Assembly: GCF_018350175.1 (NCBI RefSeq)
Contig: NC_058368.1
Location: forward strand, 134,914,001 to 134,978,000
Origin: Felis catus
Taxonomy: Eukaryota
Direction: 5' to 3'
Length of the DNA stretch: 64,000 nt
The notes below the pieces were generated by a model. The model was not told the origin of the DNA. It saw only the letters and a list, made by a program, of their open reading frames with translations, and ran no database searches. Shown here piece after piece: positions 1 through 11,865 of this stretch. Positions within the stretch are counted from its first letter, which is position 1. The number at the start of each line of letters is the position of its first letter. The position numbers were made by a program, and so were the translations under genes.

Positions 1-1664
1 TTTGAGTTAATCTCCACTTCTTTCCCCTCTCTCTCCTACTTGCCAAATCATGACACTGCTGAGGTTTAAACCCTCCGTGCTCAGGGGCCCTCAGAAGCAC
101 TCCTCAAGCTGATCTCACCCTCTACAGCTGGCCATTGGGCTTGGAACGTTTTTGGAAGGATACCTAAGGACAGAGACACGAGGGACTTGCTGAAGGCCGG
201 CAAGTAGCCAAGCCTGACCTGTCTCCCCAAGGGGTTCAGCAGCTCCGGCCTGATGCCTTATTTGACGAGAATTTCTCAACATGCATGGAGGCACTGCAAA
301 GAGCCCAAATGCACAATGCCACTTGGTCCCTGACCTCGGTCTTCGTGTTCTCTTACCCAAAAGTCAGGTACTTTCTCTTACTCTTCTAAACACTCTTTGA
401 GCTTCAAAGGTTTCCACTTCTCCCCGTTTACCAAAGCAGCTACAGAAGCACCTTCCTGCCGTGTCAACTGCCCAAAGGAGGGAATTGCAGAGATTCAAGT
501 CCTTGACCCTTGGGCATTCACAATCTAAGACATGGCCAAGCTAGGACATATTAAACCTAAACATGAAATGCTGAAGAGATAAAAAAGAATGGGCCCATTT
601 AAATCAAGGATAAGTGCAGGAAAGGTGAGGAGCCAGGCTGAGGAGCTGGGGGTGGGGAGGGAGGAGGGCCTACAGTTCCAAGCCTGGGCAGGAAGAAGTG
701 AGAAGTTATCTCCGTTCCAGTGGTCAGGGCTGACAAGAGTTTTGTGAAAGGGTGGCATTTCATGGACATCAACGAACCTCTTTGCAGGGCATAGTGAGTA
801 AGAGAAGCTGTTCTCCAGACACCTGCAGTGTGATGGGTCCCCAGGAGGACAGCCTTAAGGGGGTGGGGGGTGCGGGCCTGAAAAACTTCAGAGCAGAAGT
901 GAGTCAGCAGACGCTATTTGCTCCTAATAAGAGCCCTGCAGACAGACCTCTCCAGGAGAAACAAAATGAAGTTCCAGCTGTATCAGCTATTATGGTTGAT
1001 TTTCAGCCAATTGCACCTAGAGTGAGCTGCAAAAGGTACCAATTAGCTGTTTTGATTTAGCAGCGGTCAGGAAAACAACCCCGAGCTCGGCCTATCTCCA
1101 ATCTTCACTTGTCATTTTCCCCAGCTAGACCAGTGGAGAGACAGCACCACACGAAACCCCACTGTCCCAGGCCTGTGAATTGCACATGCCCACCACAGGC
1201 GAACGGCAGGACTACGCCGGGGCCTGAGCGAATTCATCGGGAGTTGCCAGACTGTTCTCCTTCCTACTCTCTAGGAGGGGGCATGTTTCTACACATGTGA
1301 AGACTTAGGAGAGGAAAGCTAATGACAACACGTTAGTGAAACAAACCTGATTTGAAGCAGGCACATTAACCAGGAAGCTTCATTTTTTCTCACCCACAAA
1401 CGCACGCACGTGCACAAACATGGAGTTCCTTTTTCCCTGTCGGCTCACAGGAAGCACAACCCACGGAGTCTCCTTTTTTGGCATGGTGAATCAGGATGCA
1501 GTAGGGGTGAAGTGTCGGGGTGGCTAGAAAGACTTTCCCAAACTCCCTTGTCAAGAATCTCTGTGTGTCTTATCTGCTTGTAAAAAAAATTTTTTTTTCT
1601 TATCAAAGTAAGACATGAATGTCACTTAAAGAGTGAAATGATAATGGACAGGGTGTGTTGTTGA

Positions 1665-1880
1665 ATGCCAGAATTGTACTAGGTACTTTACAAGCATTAT
1701 CTTACTTAATTCTCAACCCCCCCTGCGTCGTGTCAGTCCCATTGTACTGATGTGAAAACGGAGGCACACAGATCATAAGTAACTTTCTCAAGGTCACCAT
1801 GCTACGTAGCAGTGGCATTAGAATTTGAACTTCAACAGTTTTTCTCTGGCATTAGTACATTTAATATTACGGTATTCTGC
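1665..1880 (-). mobile_element. MIR SINE
   Basis: cccattgtactgatgtgaaaacggaggcacacaga...aagtaactttctcaaggtcac is the antisense MIR core. Confidence 0.75.
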
Positions 1881-2760
1881 TTCAAGAAAGTTTATAATAA
1901 AAGTTTAGAGTTCAGAGTCTTGGAAAAAAAAAAGTAGCAGATTCCTAACTCTCTCTCCCTCTCACACTCTCTTTCTCCTCATTGTCCTACTCCTCACAAG
2001 CATCTACTTTTAACTCTCTGAGGGTGTGTCTTTGGATATTGACTACTATAGTTCTAAATGATATTCATATAATTCTATCTCTTGGTTTTTAATTTTGGAA
2101 AATCTACGTAATTCTCACAATGAGCATTTTCACTCTTCATATTCTTTCAATATAATTATAATCATAATTTTTGATTAAATTCATACTCAGTGTTTTCATT
2201 TTTTGATGACTATTCACTTCTAAGCCAAATAATGTACACTATTTACATTCCCTAGACTGTATAACTTTTTGTGTTTCCTGAAGTTAATTATTACCTAATT
2301 TTTTATTTGCTTAGTTTTTTTTTTTTAATCAATGGCAAAATCTTTCCATGTGTCTCTGTAGCTGTGCACCATGGCTTTCAATACCATTTCTCATATCCCC
2401 AAACCCCTCAGATAACTATAAGTTTCAATACCCCTCCCTGGAGACATTCCTTCCAGAGTCCTCTGTTCTCCTGCTCCGCTTTGGGCTGGCTGTTCTCTGT
2501 TCTTGTTGTACAGCTGTTGTGCAGGGACTTCCCCATGCTATCATCCAGGGGATTCCCTTCGTCTCCTTCCTGTGTGGATCTCCTGTTTCCTAAAAGCCTG
2601 TCTTCCTCCGTCTTAGTTTATACCCTCTTTTGGTCAGTACATCCTCTAACAGTTTCCAGGAAAAGTGGGTAGGGTAGTTATTTGGAATCCAGGGGATCCC
2701 AAAAAGGAGGCCACATGGCTTGTGGTTCCTGTGAGCCGAAAGGGCGAGAAAAAGGAACTA

Positions 2761-2787
2761 TGTGTGTACGTGTGTGTATGCGTGCGC

Positions 2788-2857
<70 letters not shown>
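2761..2857. repeat. Compound (TG)n(AG)n microsatellite
   Basis: Imperfect TG/CG alternation followed by ~50 bp of AG repeats, seen directly. Confidence 0.97.
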
Positions 2858-2859
<2 letters not shown>

Positions 2860-3974
2860 CTTCCTGGTTAATGTATCTATTTAAAAACAGGTTTGTTCTG
2901 CTAATATTTTGTTATTAGCCCCCACATCTTTTTTCAGCCTTTCCCACCCAATCTTTTCCCGTTTTTTATAATACCTGGTATCTCCAATTTTGATGGCTTT
3001 CCAGAGTCCTAGAGGTGAATTGACTTGATTTAGTTCTTCCTCTGTAGACCTTTAGTTTCGACCCTATACTGTTTTACTAAGTCATTTACCAAGTTTCCAT
3101 CTTCTTTTTGTCCCCGTATCTCACGTCTCAGGGTTTTATTTGGGCTCTAGTAATGTGGGTGACAGTGTTGCTGTTGCCTGTAATTCTTGTTGTTAACGGG
3201 ATGAGTTTTGAGAGGAGATTAAGCCATTGTTACTCAGCTATTGTTAAGCCCCACGTCCCTTGATCATTGGGTGTCCTACAGAGCTGGTATCAGGCAAGGT
3301 GGGATCATAAGATGATCAATGCTCTTTACTCAATAAATGTCCCACAGGGCCAGTTTGTTATTATCTTTCTGGTCAATTGATGTCCTGAAGGCCCAGGAAT
3401 TGGGATCGTTTTGTCAAACTTCAAGGCTCAGGCCTGCTTTTGCCCAGCTGCATGACTGCTTTGAACCTGGTGAGATGCCATTTCTTAGTCCTTGGACGAA
3501 TGACGACCAAACTTTCAAGCGCCTAACAATCAGCCAGGGTACTTGTTTAAAAGAGAGAGAAAGATATAGACAGACAGACAGAGGCATAAAGAGAGAGACG
3601 CAGAGAAGAAAGAAACTCCCAGGGCTTCTGAATCAGCAGGATCCAAGAGTTGACCTTTTTAGAAGTACCCAGGCAAGAGACTTCACTCTGATCAGCACTA
3701 TGACAACCTTCATCACACGCAAATCAGAGGTACCAGGCTCTCCTTACAGTGCTGTCTGTCCTCGCTTTTGTTCTCCTTCCTGATTGATAAAGAAACTTAA
3801 GTTGCAGCCCAAGGTACTTTACTCGTAAAATAGTTACCTGGCAGTCTTGCTCTGTCACCACGCGACAACTTGTTCTTGCATATAATTATCTACAGTTCCT
3901 AAGTCATGAATTGATTCTAGTGCCTGAACCCACCCAGTATCCCCCACAAACACTGAGGAAGCTCGGGAAGTAGT

Positions 3975-4165
3975 AATCAACAAACACCGACTGAGCACTT
4001 GCTACGTGCCAAGCATTATTCTAAGGGCTTTACGGTTACGTACTTAACCACACAACGCTACGAGGGACGTACCATTTTCATCCTCATGTGAAAGGTAGGG
4101 AAAGTGATGGTTAGTTGAATACCTTGCCCAGATCACACAGCCAATAAGTGGAAGAACGGGAAGTG
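3975..4165 (-). mobile_element. MIR SINE
   Basis: actgagcacttgctacgtgccaagcatt...ccttgcccagatcacacagccaataagtgg matches antisense MIR. Confidence 0.75.
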
Positions 4166-4648
4166 ACTGAAATATGACGCGCTGCCGACATTTTCAACAA
4201 TGATCACAAGAGCTGAAGAAGCACAGGACCCACGCAGACCTCAGCGACTTCCACCCCTTGGCTTCTTGACCTGCACGCGGGGGTCTCTGGCAGCATACAG
4301 GTGACCAGGCCTGGGAGCGCCGCAGGGTGGCGCTGGCAGCAGAGACCGTTACAAGTGCCCAAACAACACACCTGGATCCACGACAGTTATGGGGTGACAA
4401 CACTGAGAGGGAATCCACAAATCTGCCTCAGCTAGAGCTTAAGGGTCCCCACAGTTGAAGCTTCCCAAACATAACATTATTAGTCTCATAAAAGCGGTGG
4501 AAACGGTGGCTGAAACAAAGGACAGGACAGGTCAGAGTCTAATCATGGGGGTCATGTGACAGTGAAGCAAATCTTCTGGAGAACAAAGTAGACTCTGTCC
4601 ACGCAGCCCTTTCCCCATTTGAAAAAGGCATATAATAAAAGCATACGT

Positions 4649-4754
4649 GGGGTGCCTGGCTGGCTCAGTCGGTGGAACATGCGACTCTCGAGCTCTGGGT
4701 TGTGAGTTCGAGCCCCTCCCTGGGTGTAGAGATTACTTAAAAAATAAAATCTTA
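4649..4754 (+). mobile_element. Short old CanSINE (SINEC_old-like, tRNA-Lys derived)
   Basis: ggggtgcctggctggctcagtcggtgg...gttcgagccc...gggtgtagagattacttaaaaaataaaatctt; A and B boxes present, no CT tract. Confidence 0.88.
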
Positions 4755-4972
4755 CGGCGCCTGGGTGGCTCAGTCGGTTGAGCGTCCGACTTCAGCTCAG
4801 GTCATGATCTCACGGCTTGTGAGTTCGAGCCCCGCGTGGGGCTCTGTGCTGACGGCTCAGAGCCTGGAGCCTGCTGCGGATTCTGTGTCTCCCTCTCACT
4901 CTCTGCCCCTCTCCCACTTGCTCTGTCTCTCTCTCTCTTTCTAAAAAAAATAAATAAAAACATTTAAAAAAT
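4755..4972 (+). mobile_element. Felid CanSINE inserted in the tail of the preceding SINE
   Basis: ggcgcctgggtggctcagtcgg head, CT tract, A tail; TSD aaaataaaatctta at 4741-4754 and 4973-4986. Confidence 0.95.
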
Positions 4973-4995
4973 AAAATAAAATCTTAAAAAAAAAA

Positions 4996-5106
4996 TGGGG
5001 ACCTATTTAGTAAAGTTTGTGAGGATTAAATGAGCTGATACGTAAATGGCATCACATAGCACCCGGAACCAAGTAGCCATTCAATAAATGTTAGCTATTA
5101 CTATTA
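4996..5106 (+). mobile_element. MIR 3' part
   Basis: tttgtgaggattaaatgag...tcaataaatgttagctatta is the MIR 3' end. Confidence 0.8.
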
Positions 5107-7530
5107 AATCTCTTTTTTTCTCATTCAAGTCTAGGAGCCAGATGGAATGCTTCATAAGAGCAAAGAGATAAGCGATACTGTTGAATTTTACTTTATTTCC
5201 CTAATTTGCTCTCCACTTTAACCAAATATAAGATTGTCTTTTCCTCTCGAAAATGAGAACTATCTTGATTTATAATAAAATAAACCATCAAATCAGCCTT
5301 CTATAACCACTGTGGCTGAAGAAATCCCCTCTGCCCTTCAGGAGCACACTCTACTCACATTACTGACTCGATTCTGGAACACACAGAAGCCATGTGTCTG
5401 GCCTTCTTCTGAACAAATGCCTCTCCCCACACACGTCCTCTCCCCTTCCCTACCCTGGTTGTGAGATCCTTAGGGTTCTTAGAGAAATCATTTTGTGTTT
5501 CTTCTGAATGTTACCCGACATTGTTGTGTGATGAAAGAGAACTGTTACTCCGAGGATATTCTTGTCCAAGACCAAAAAGAAAGTACAAGCACCAGTCACT
5601 CTTTCTAGCAACCTAGGCTGACCTGCGTGACCTGCGGCCTGCCCCGAGCACCACGAGAACCCTGGGGTCGGTTTAGCTCCAGTTAGGCAGAAGCCTCTGC
5701 CTCTGGCCGAATGCGCAGGAGACTGATACTGTTGGCCGCCTTCCCCCATGCCAGGCCCTCTCATGTGACCCGCTGTACTGCATCCTATAGGTTGTCTTTC
5801 ATCCCGGCCGGCAAGCCAGCCCCACCTGATGATGTTTCCAATGGCATCAGTTGTGCCAAGCAACTGCGCATCAGTTGCACAAGCAAGAGCTTGTCCGAAA
5901 AGCCTTTGGGGCTCAAATCCAAGAGTCTCCCAAACTACCCCCAAACCACATCTACCACTTTTCCTCTCATGTCTCCTGCATGAACCCTCTACTCCAGCCA
6001 GAATGCCCTGTTGATCGCATCTCCTTCTCACCTGCTCCATGCTGCACGTGGTGCTCCCTATGACCGACCTCCTCTCCTAAAGAACATCAGGGCTATGGAA
6101 AACCCCACTTCCTCCCCGAGGAATCCGTGCACCCGAACACACGGACATCTGCCCTCTCTTGATTGGCTGTAGTTAATTACCATCGCATTGCTGCCTTGTT
6201 TGGCCCTTGTATTTTTTACCTACGGATGTTTTATTGCCCCTAAACATAACGTTTGAGTGCTTGCTCTGTGCCCCTTACTTTATAAATGACTAATTACAAT
6301 TTAAAAATGCCTAAAATTGTTAACTTTCACAAGACACTAGTGAGGCAGGTCCTGTCGTTAGCCCCCCATTAGGTTGGAGAGTGGGGATAGACAGAGCTAA
6401 GGCAGGTCCCTGGAGGTTGGTAAGTTGTGGGGGCAGATGTAATGCCTATGTGCTTAACCACTGTGCCGTGCTCTGCACACAACAGTCACTCAATAAATAT
6501 TTGCTCATCAATTAATTGTTGATTTTCCCACCCCTCCTCTGACCCAGTCCCGCCTACACCACCTTCCGAAAGAAAGCCGGCTTGGGAAAACGATCAAACA
6601 TCTTGATGATGTTGACCTCCTTGGGAGAAAAGTGTTCCCAAAATAGATGAAATGGTGTTATTTTGATTCTTGCATTTCATCACTATGGTTTGTGATTCCA
6701 CCCTGAAATTCTTCGTTGCCAGAACCCGTAGATAGATAGCCTGTTGCAAAGTTGTTATTTTTGATATCAGAAGGTTGGGGATGTTTCTATTTGAAACATT
6801 GTCTATTTACATTCCTTAGCCCAAAATAGTCTGAAGTGTCAGTATTATGTCTTCATGGTTCTAACGGAATTTTATGATGTTACAGCAATAATCACAAGTC
6901 TCCACGCGTTATTTTTTGCCCTCTCCAGCTTACGGGAAAGTGTATTACGGTAATGAGTAAGGTCATAGTTATGAAGGGATGCCAGGGATGCCAGTGTATC
7001 CCTCCCCCAAATGGAAGGAAGAGAGAGCGGGTATGGAATTAAGTTGTTGGCGATGCATGGGAATAAGCCCCCCGCACTAGAGCGACGGCTCTCACACTTT
7101 CTGCATTACAGTGTTACGGATCAGCACACTCCTGGTTTTATCCTGGCTCCGAAAAGAAACTCATGCCTTCAAGGCCATTCCTGTGGGACTGCAGGACCCA
7201 GGACATTACGCTACGTGAGCCCTTTCGTTTTCTCTTAATGCTATTACTGAGAGAAATTCTACTTCCAGTAAATAATATCAAGGACAATCTGCAGGAGGAA
7301 AAGTCGTGCAAGCTCATCTTGATGGCACGTGAGGGGGGAGGAGGGAGGCTTGCTGCCAATCACTGTCGCACGTCAGCTCTATTTGCCTGCTATTTGCATG
7401 CTCACGTTTTTTGCCAAAAAAGCCAAGAAAAATGTACGGGGTGATTTATTTGTTTCTGTGTTTGTTTTCAAAGCAAAGGCATCAGAATTTGTACATTTCT
7501 ATCAATGTGTTCTCGAAGGTAGTGATATTA

Positions 7531-7716
7531 GGGGGCACCTGGTGGCTCAGTTTGTTGAGCAACCAACTCTTGATTTCAGCTCGGGTCATGATCCGAGGGT
7601 TGTGGGATCGAGTCCCACATTGGCCTCCGTACTGAGCATGGATCCTGTTTAAGATTCTCTCTCCCTCTGCCCCTGCCCCTCTCCCCATTTGCTGTCTAAC
7701 TCTAAATTTTTTTTTT
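7531..7716 (+). mobile_element. Older CanSINE (SINEC_c-like)
   Basis: gggggcacctggtggctcag...actcttgatttcagctcgggtcatgatc; diverged, CT tract present. Confidence 0.9.
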
Positions 7717-7731
7717 AAAAGTCATATTAGG

Positions 7732-7951
7732 GGGGCGCCTGGGTGGCGCAGTCGGTTAAGCGTCCGACTTCAGCCAGGTCACGATCTCGCGGTCCGTGAG
7801 TTCGAGCCCCACGTCAGGCTCTGGGCTGATGGCTCAGAGCCTGGAGCCTGTTTCAGATTCTGTGCCTCCCTCTCTCTCTGCCCCTCGCCCGTTCATGCTC
7901 TGTCTCTCTCTGTCCCAAAAATAAATAAATGTTGAAAAAAAAATTTTTTTA
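7732..7951 (+). mobile_element. Young felid SINE (SINEC_Fc)
   Basis: ggggcgcctgggtggcgcagtcggttaagcgtccgacttcagccaggtcacg; TSD aaaagtcatattagg at 7717-7731 and 7952-7966. Confidence 0.97.
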
Positions 7952-8832
7952 AAAAGTCATATTAGGAAGTTGGGCTCTCGGTCCTGAAATCTTGACACTG
8001 CTTACACATTTGTGACTTATTGCTTGGAATTGCTTTCAGGACAGGATATCATAATTCATCACACACTCTGGGGCACCTTGAGAGTGACAGTGGGTACTAT
8101 TAATAATTTAGTTGGGATGACCAGCAAAAACCCAGTCTTGGGCAACTCGGATGGATGGTCACTTTGCTCTAGAGCCACATCAGGAAATCAATTTTAGTCA
8201 TTGTTTGACCAAAAATGTTCTTACTCAGCTGATCATTTCTTTTCTTGCAACACTTGACTCATGATGATCTTTGGTTACCTACAGAAGTAAGCCTTTCCCC
8301 AAAAGATAAGGACTTCCCTTCTGTGATGATAGTCAAAAGAATGTGCTTTGGGTTTTAATGAAATTCTAAAAGTATTCTGATTAACAACAGTATCTTTGTG
8401 ATATTTCCACTCCAAAGGGGAGAAGCTCTCTGGATGCATGTAATTGATGCTGCCGGTCTATGCCCATAGTTGGAGTAAAAACGCTTTAGAAACTGAGTGG
8501 ATATGTTTGCAAAGGAGTGCAAGAGGAGAGGGCTAGTAGGAGCCCGCTATTACAATTAGTCTTTTTCCCTGTGTTCCTTGTCACACACAGTCTGCCAATT
8601 GGTGACCCCAGCAAATCCCCATTATCGTCTCTCAATCTCTGATTTTTATCACTTCCTTGAAATGTTCTTTCTATACTTGCACATTAAATCTCCACATAGT
8701 GTTAGGCTCTGTATCAAAGGGAGGCAGGTGTTTTTGGTAGAAGAACATTTGCAATAATAAACTCAGATTGTCACACGGCCAGATATTGTATTCTGATATT
8801 TGTGACCCTGCTTTTAGAAAGAAAAGAAGTCA

Positions 8833-9058
8833 GGGGCGCCTGGGTGGCGCAGTCGGTTAAGCGTCCGACTTCAGCCAGGTCACGATCTCGCGGTCCGTGA
8901 GTTCGAGCCCCTCGTCAGGCTCTGGGCTGATGGCTCAGAGCCTGGAGCCTGTTTCCGATTCTGTGTCTCCCTCTCTCTCTGCCCCTCCCCCGTTCATGCT
9001 CTGTCTCTCTCTGTCCCAAAAATAAATAAACGTTGAAAAAAAAATTTTTTTTTTTTTT
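8833..9058 (+). mobile_element. Young felid SINE (SINEC_Fc)
   Basis: Near-consensus, CpGs retained; TSD agaaagaaaagaagtcag at 8816-8833 and 9059-9076. Confidence 0.97.
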
Positions 9059-9077
9059 AGAAAGAAAAGAAGTCAGT

Positions 9078-9295
9078 GGGACACTTGAGTGCCTCAGATG
9101 GTTAAGTGTCCGACTTCGGTTCAGGTCATGATATCACGGCTCATGAGTTCGAGCCCTGCATCAGGCTCTGGGCTGACGGCTCAGAGCCTGGAGCCTGCTT
9201 GGGATTCTGTGCCTCCTTCTCTCTCTGCCCCTCCCCTGCTCATGTGATCTCTCTGTCTCTCAAAAATAAATAAACGTTAAAAATTTTTTAAAAAG
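9078..9295 (+). mobile_element. Older felid CanSINE
   Basis: Diverged head gggacacttgagtgcctcag, CT tract, aaataaataaacgttaaaaa tail. Confidence 0.92.
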
Positions 9296-9689
9296 AAATT
9301 AAAATCATTGAAAATTATTGCATTAAATAGCATTTTCATTAGTAGTTTTGTAACTGCTAACTGCCATTCATTTATACTTATTAAAATAATCTGGTTGTCT
9401 CATCACTGTAGGATTTTTTCTTTTTAGTTCCCTGGGAGCCTGGGACAAAGCCAGTCCCGGAAAAATGACTTACAAGTGATCTAGGAATCCCCCGTAAACT
9501 TAACTCACTTCCCCATTCCCCTCATTGCTAACCAACTGAGCTGCTGTGACCTGAAGCTCTTGGCCATTTTTGTCTGAAGGATAAAATTTATAGGATGACA
9601 GATTCCACATCAGACTAGGGGAAGGTCCTTAAACAATGACTGATATTCACGTGTACACAAACCTACACATAGAAACAAAGCTTAGACAG

Positions 9690-9885
9690 CACTTAGGATG
9701 AGCTGGACACTCTTGTAAGTGCTTTTAAAATATTTAATTCTCAAAATCATTGTAGGATACAGGTAATATTATTGTCCCCATTTTACAGATACACTAAGGC
9801 ATAGAGGTCAACAGACTAGTCCAGGGTCACATAGTTGGTGTCAGGCAGTATATTTCCAAAGCCCGTATTCTTACCCATCACAATG
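9690..9885 (-). mobile_element. MIR SINE
   Basis: attgtccccattttacagat...ccagggtcacatagttggtg antisense MIR core. Confidence 0.7.
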
Positions 9886-9897
9886 GAATAGACTACA

Positions 9898-10386
9898 ATT
9901 TAGTTTGTTTTCCCTCATCATTAGAGCCTGACACAAGGGCTTGAATGCAAGCCATTTCTTGGGGAGAAGATCCCAGGTAACGGAAAAGAGAGAAGGGCTT
10001 GGAGGAGTGAGGTAGGAAAGGCAGGGGAGCCAATGTAAGAGAGCATTATCCAGAGACCTCTGATAATCGTGTGGCAAGCCTCCCAGAATCATCCACCTGA
10101 AGAAGGGCAGGCAGCAACCATGACCCAGAGCCCACCGCCCCTCCCCCCCACCGCCCCTCCCCCCCCCCTTGACTGAAGGTTACCCCCAAAGCTTTAGTGC
10201 CACTCTACTTCTTGGCTGTGCTAGCACAGTAAGCGGCCTAAGAGGTCATGAACGGAAGTGGAAACATGTGGGGCACCCAGTAGAGGTGAGACAACATCAG
10301 CTCAAAGTGAGTCTGGTGTCTGGGCTAGGGTTGAATTCACAGGTGGGCCAGGGTGACATGATAGGGCTCCAGCAATATGTACTACA
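9898..10386 (-). mobile_element. ERVL solo LTR, LTR16-family-like
   Basis: gagcctgacacaagggcttgaatgcaagccatttcttgggg...gatcccagg start and ...gggctccagcaatatgtactaca end resemble antisense LTR16. Confidence 0.6.
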
Positions 10387-11497
10387 GATTGTTTCTAGAA
10401 ACATCCCAGGGTGAAGGGGGGGATGTTAGTAGGAAATGTCGTGGAGAACATCTGAGCATGTAGGCTAGATAATCCCTTTGCATATGAAATGCTAAATTCT
10501 CTAAGTCAAAGTCCACACTTTGGCAACAAACAAATATGTTAACACAATTATCAAGAAGTAAAGAGAAGTGATAATTCAATGAAATATTGTCAATAGCATC
10601 CAACTTCTGTTCACCCAAGTCAGATACTATTTAGAGATGACCCCAAGATAGTAATAGTTCCAATGGACAAATAGATCCTTTTGAAATATGTGTTAATGTA
10701 TTCTGGCTTTAGTCAGCTGTGGGGAAAACTGCTTGAAGACTCTCCATCAGAGGCCATCATGACTAAGAAAACAAGTTTTCCAATCTTCTAGTGATAATCT
10801 GTAGGTCAGTAATACACATGTGTACATAGGAATGTGCATACTATGTTCCCTTGCTAAGTGAAAGCTATCAGGTAGCAGTGGGGTTTTTTGAAAACTTGAA
10901 ACTGACCTTCTGCTCTCAATAAAGTGCTATCCTTCCTATAGATTTTGCTGAATTCCCAAGTTTAGTCCCAGAAGGACACTTGGTGAAGACTCAGTTTCAT
11001 CCACTGACTCACAGCTGTGGTCAGGGTTGAAGTAATTCTGACTCTGCTGCCTCCAGGCCCCTGGCCATTTCTAAGCTAGAAGGTTTCATTTGGTCAATTC
11101 AGGATGCTTTCTGAGGAATCATGTGTTTGGATTGTGTGGATCCAGGGTCAGCTCAGGTCACATCAAAGTGTGGTCCAGCCCAGCCTAGGCAGCTGGTCAG
11201 GATTTGGCACTGGTGGTTAAAGTGTGGAGCAGAGGTCAGTTCTGTTGGTTTGACCCTTCAGGGGACCTGATAGCTTGGTTCGATCCCATGGCCACAGAGT
11301 GTAACCTCATTTCAAGCTGTCGCCTCCCACATGCCTCCTTCCTGGCTGGTACAGGGAACAAAAGAGAGACTGTGGGTGGGTCTGTGCACATTCATCATTT
11401 CTACTGGGGAAAACCTCAAAACCTCCAGTCACTTTCCCAAAGGCCCAAATTATCAGGAAACATGTGAAGGCAAATCAATGCCTAGAGAGAGTTTGAT

Positions 11498-11500
<3 letters not shown>

Positions 11501-11531
<31 letters not shown>
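11501..11531. repeat. Poly(A) mononucleotide run (31 A)
   Basis: Seen directly. Confidence 0.97.
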
Positions 11532-11536
<5 letters not shown>

Positions 11537-11865
11537 GCACCATTTTCTTTCCATTGGTTTCATAAGTTGAAATCATCAATAATTCACTTTCCCTTTGTTT
11601 TATTTTTGATCACTGTGAATTCTTCCCTTTAGTGATTGGATGATTATGTTGTCTCCCTGCTCCTAACGGTCACACACCCTTCCTTCTCTGGAAATGGGAA
11701 AGAGGGATGTAATTATACTTCAATGGGGGACATGCATATAGAATACAGAATTATAGTCTCTAGTGGCAGCAAATTGTGTTGAGGGACCCACTCTGATATT
11801 CAGGGGTCTGGCTTTCTGTGGCAAGGATAATTCTATGTTGCCACATGAGTCCATCAGATGAGAGG

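Larger units (their letters stand above)
1575..3250 (-). mobile_element. HAL1 (Half-L1) relic, fragmented and internally deleted, interrupted by a MIR and a microsatellite
   Basis: 2440-2670 (ggagacattccttccagagtcctctgttctcctgctcc...atcatccaggggattcccttcg...gtacatcctctaacagtttccaggaaaagtggg) matches the remembered antisense HAL1 3' region; flanking AT-rich pieces fit; boundaries approximate. Confidence 0.65.

Noticed and set aside
4649..4754. tRNA-Lys-like gene (also 35509-35620)
   Set aside because: Continues into the SINE tail and poly(A) with target duplication; a tRNA-derived SINE, not a tRNA gene
5450..6040. Longest ORF in the track (196 aa, minus strand)
   Set aside because: No recognisable domain or splice context; overlaps C-rich sequence that looks like degraded L2; compatible with chance
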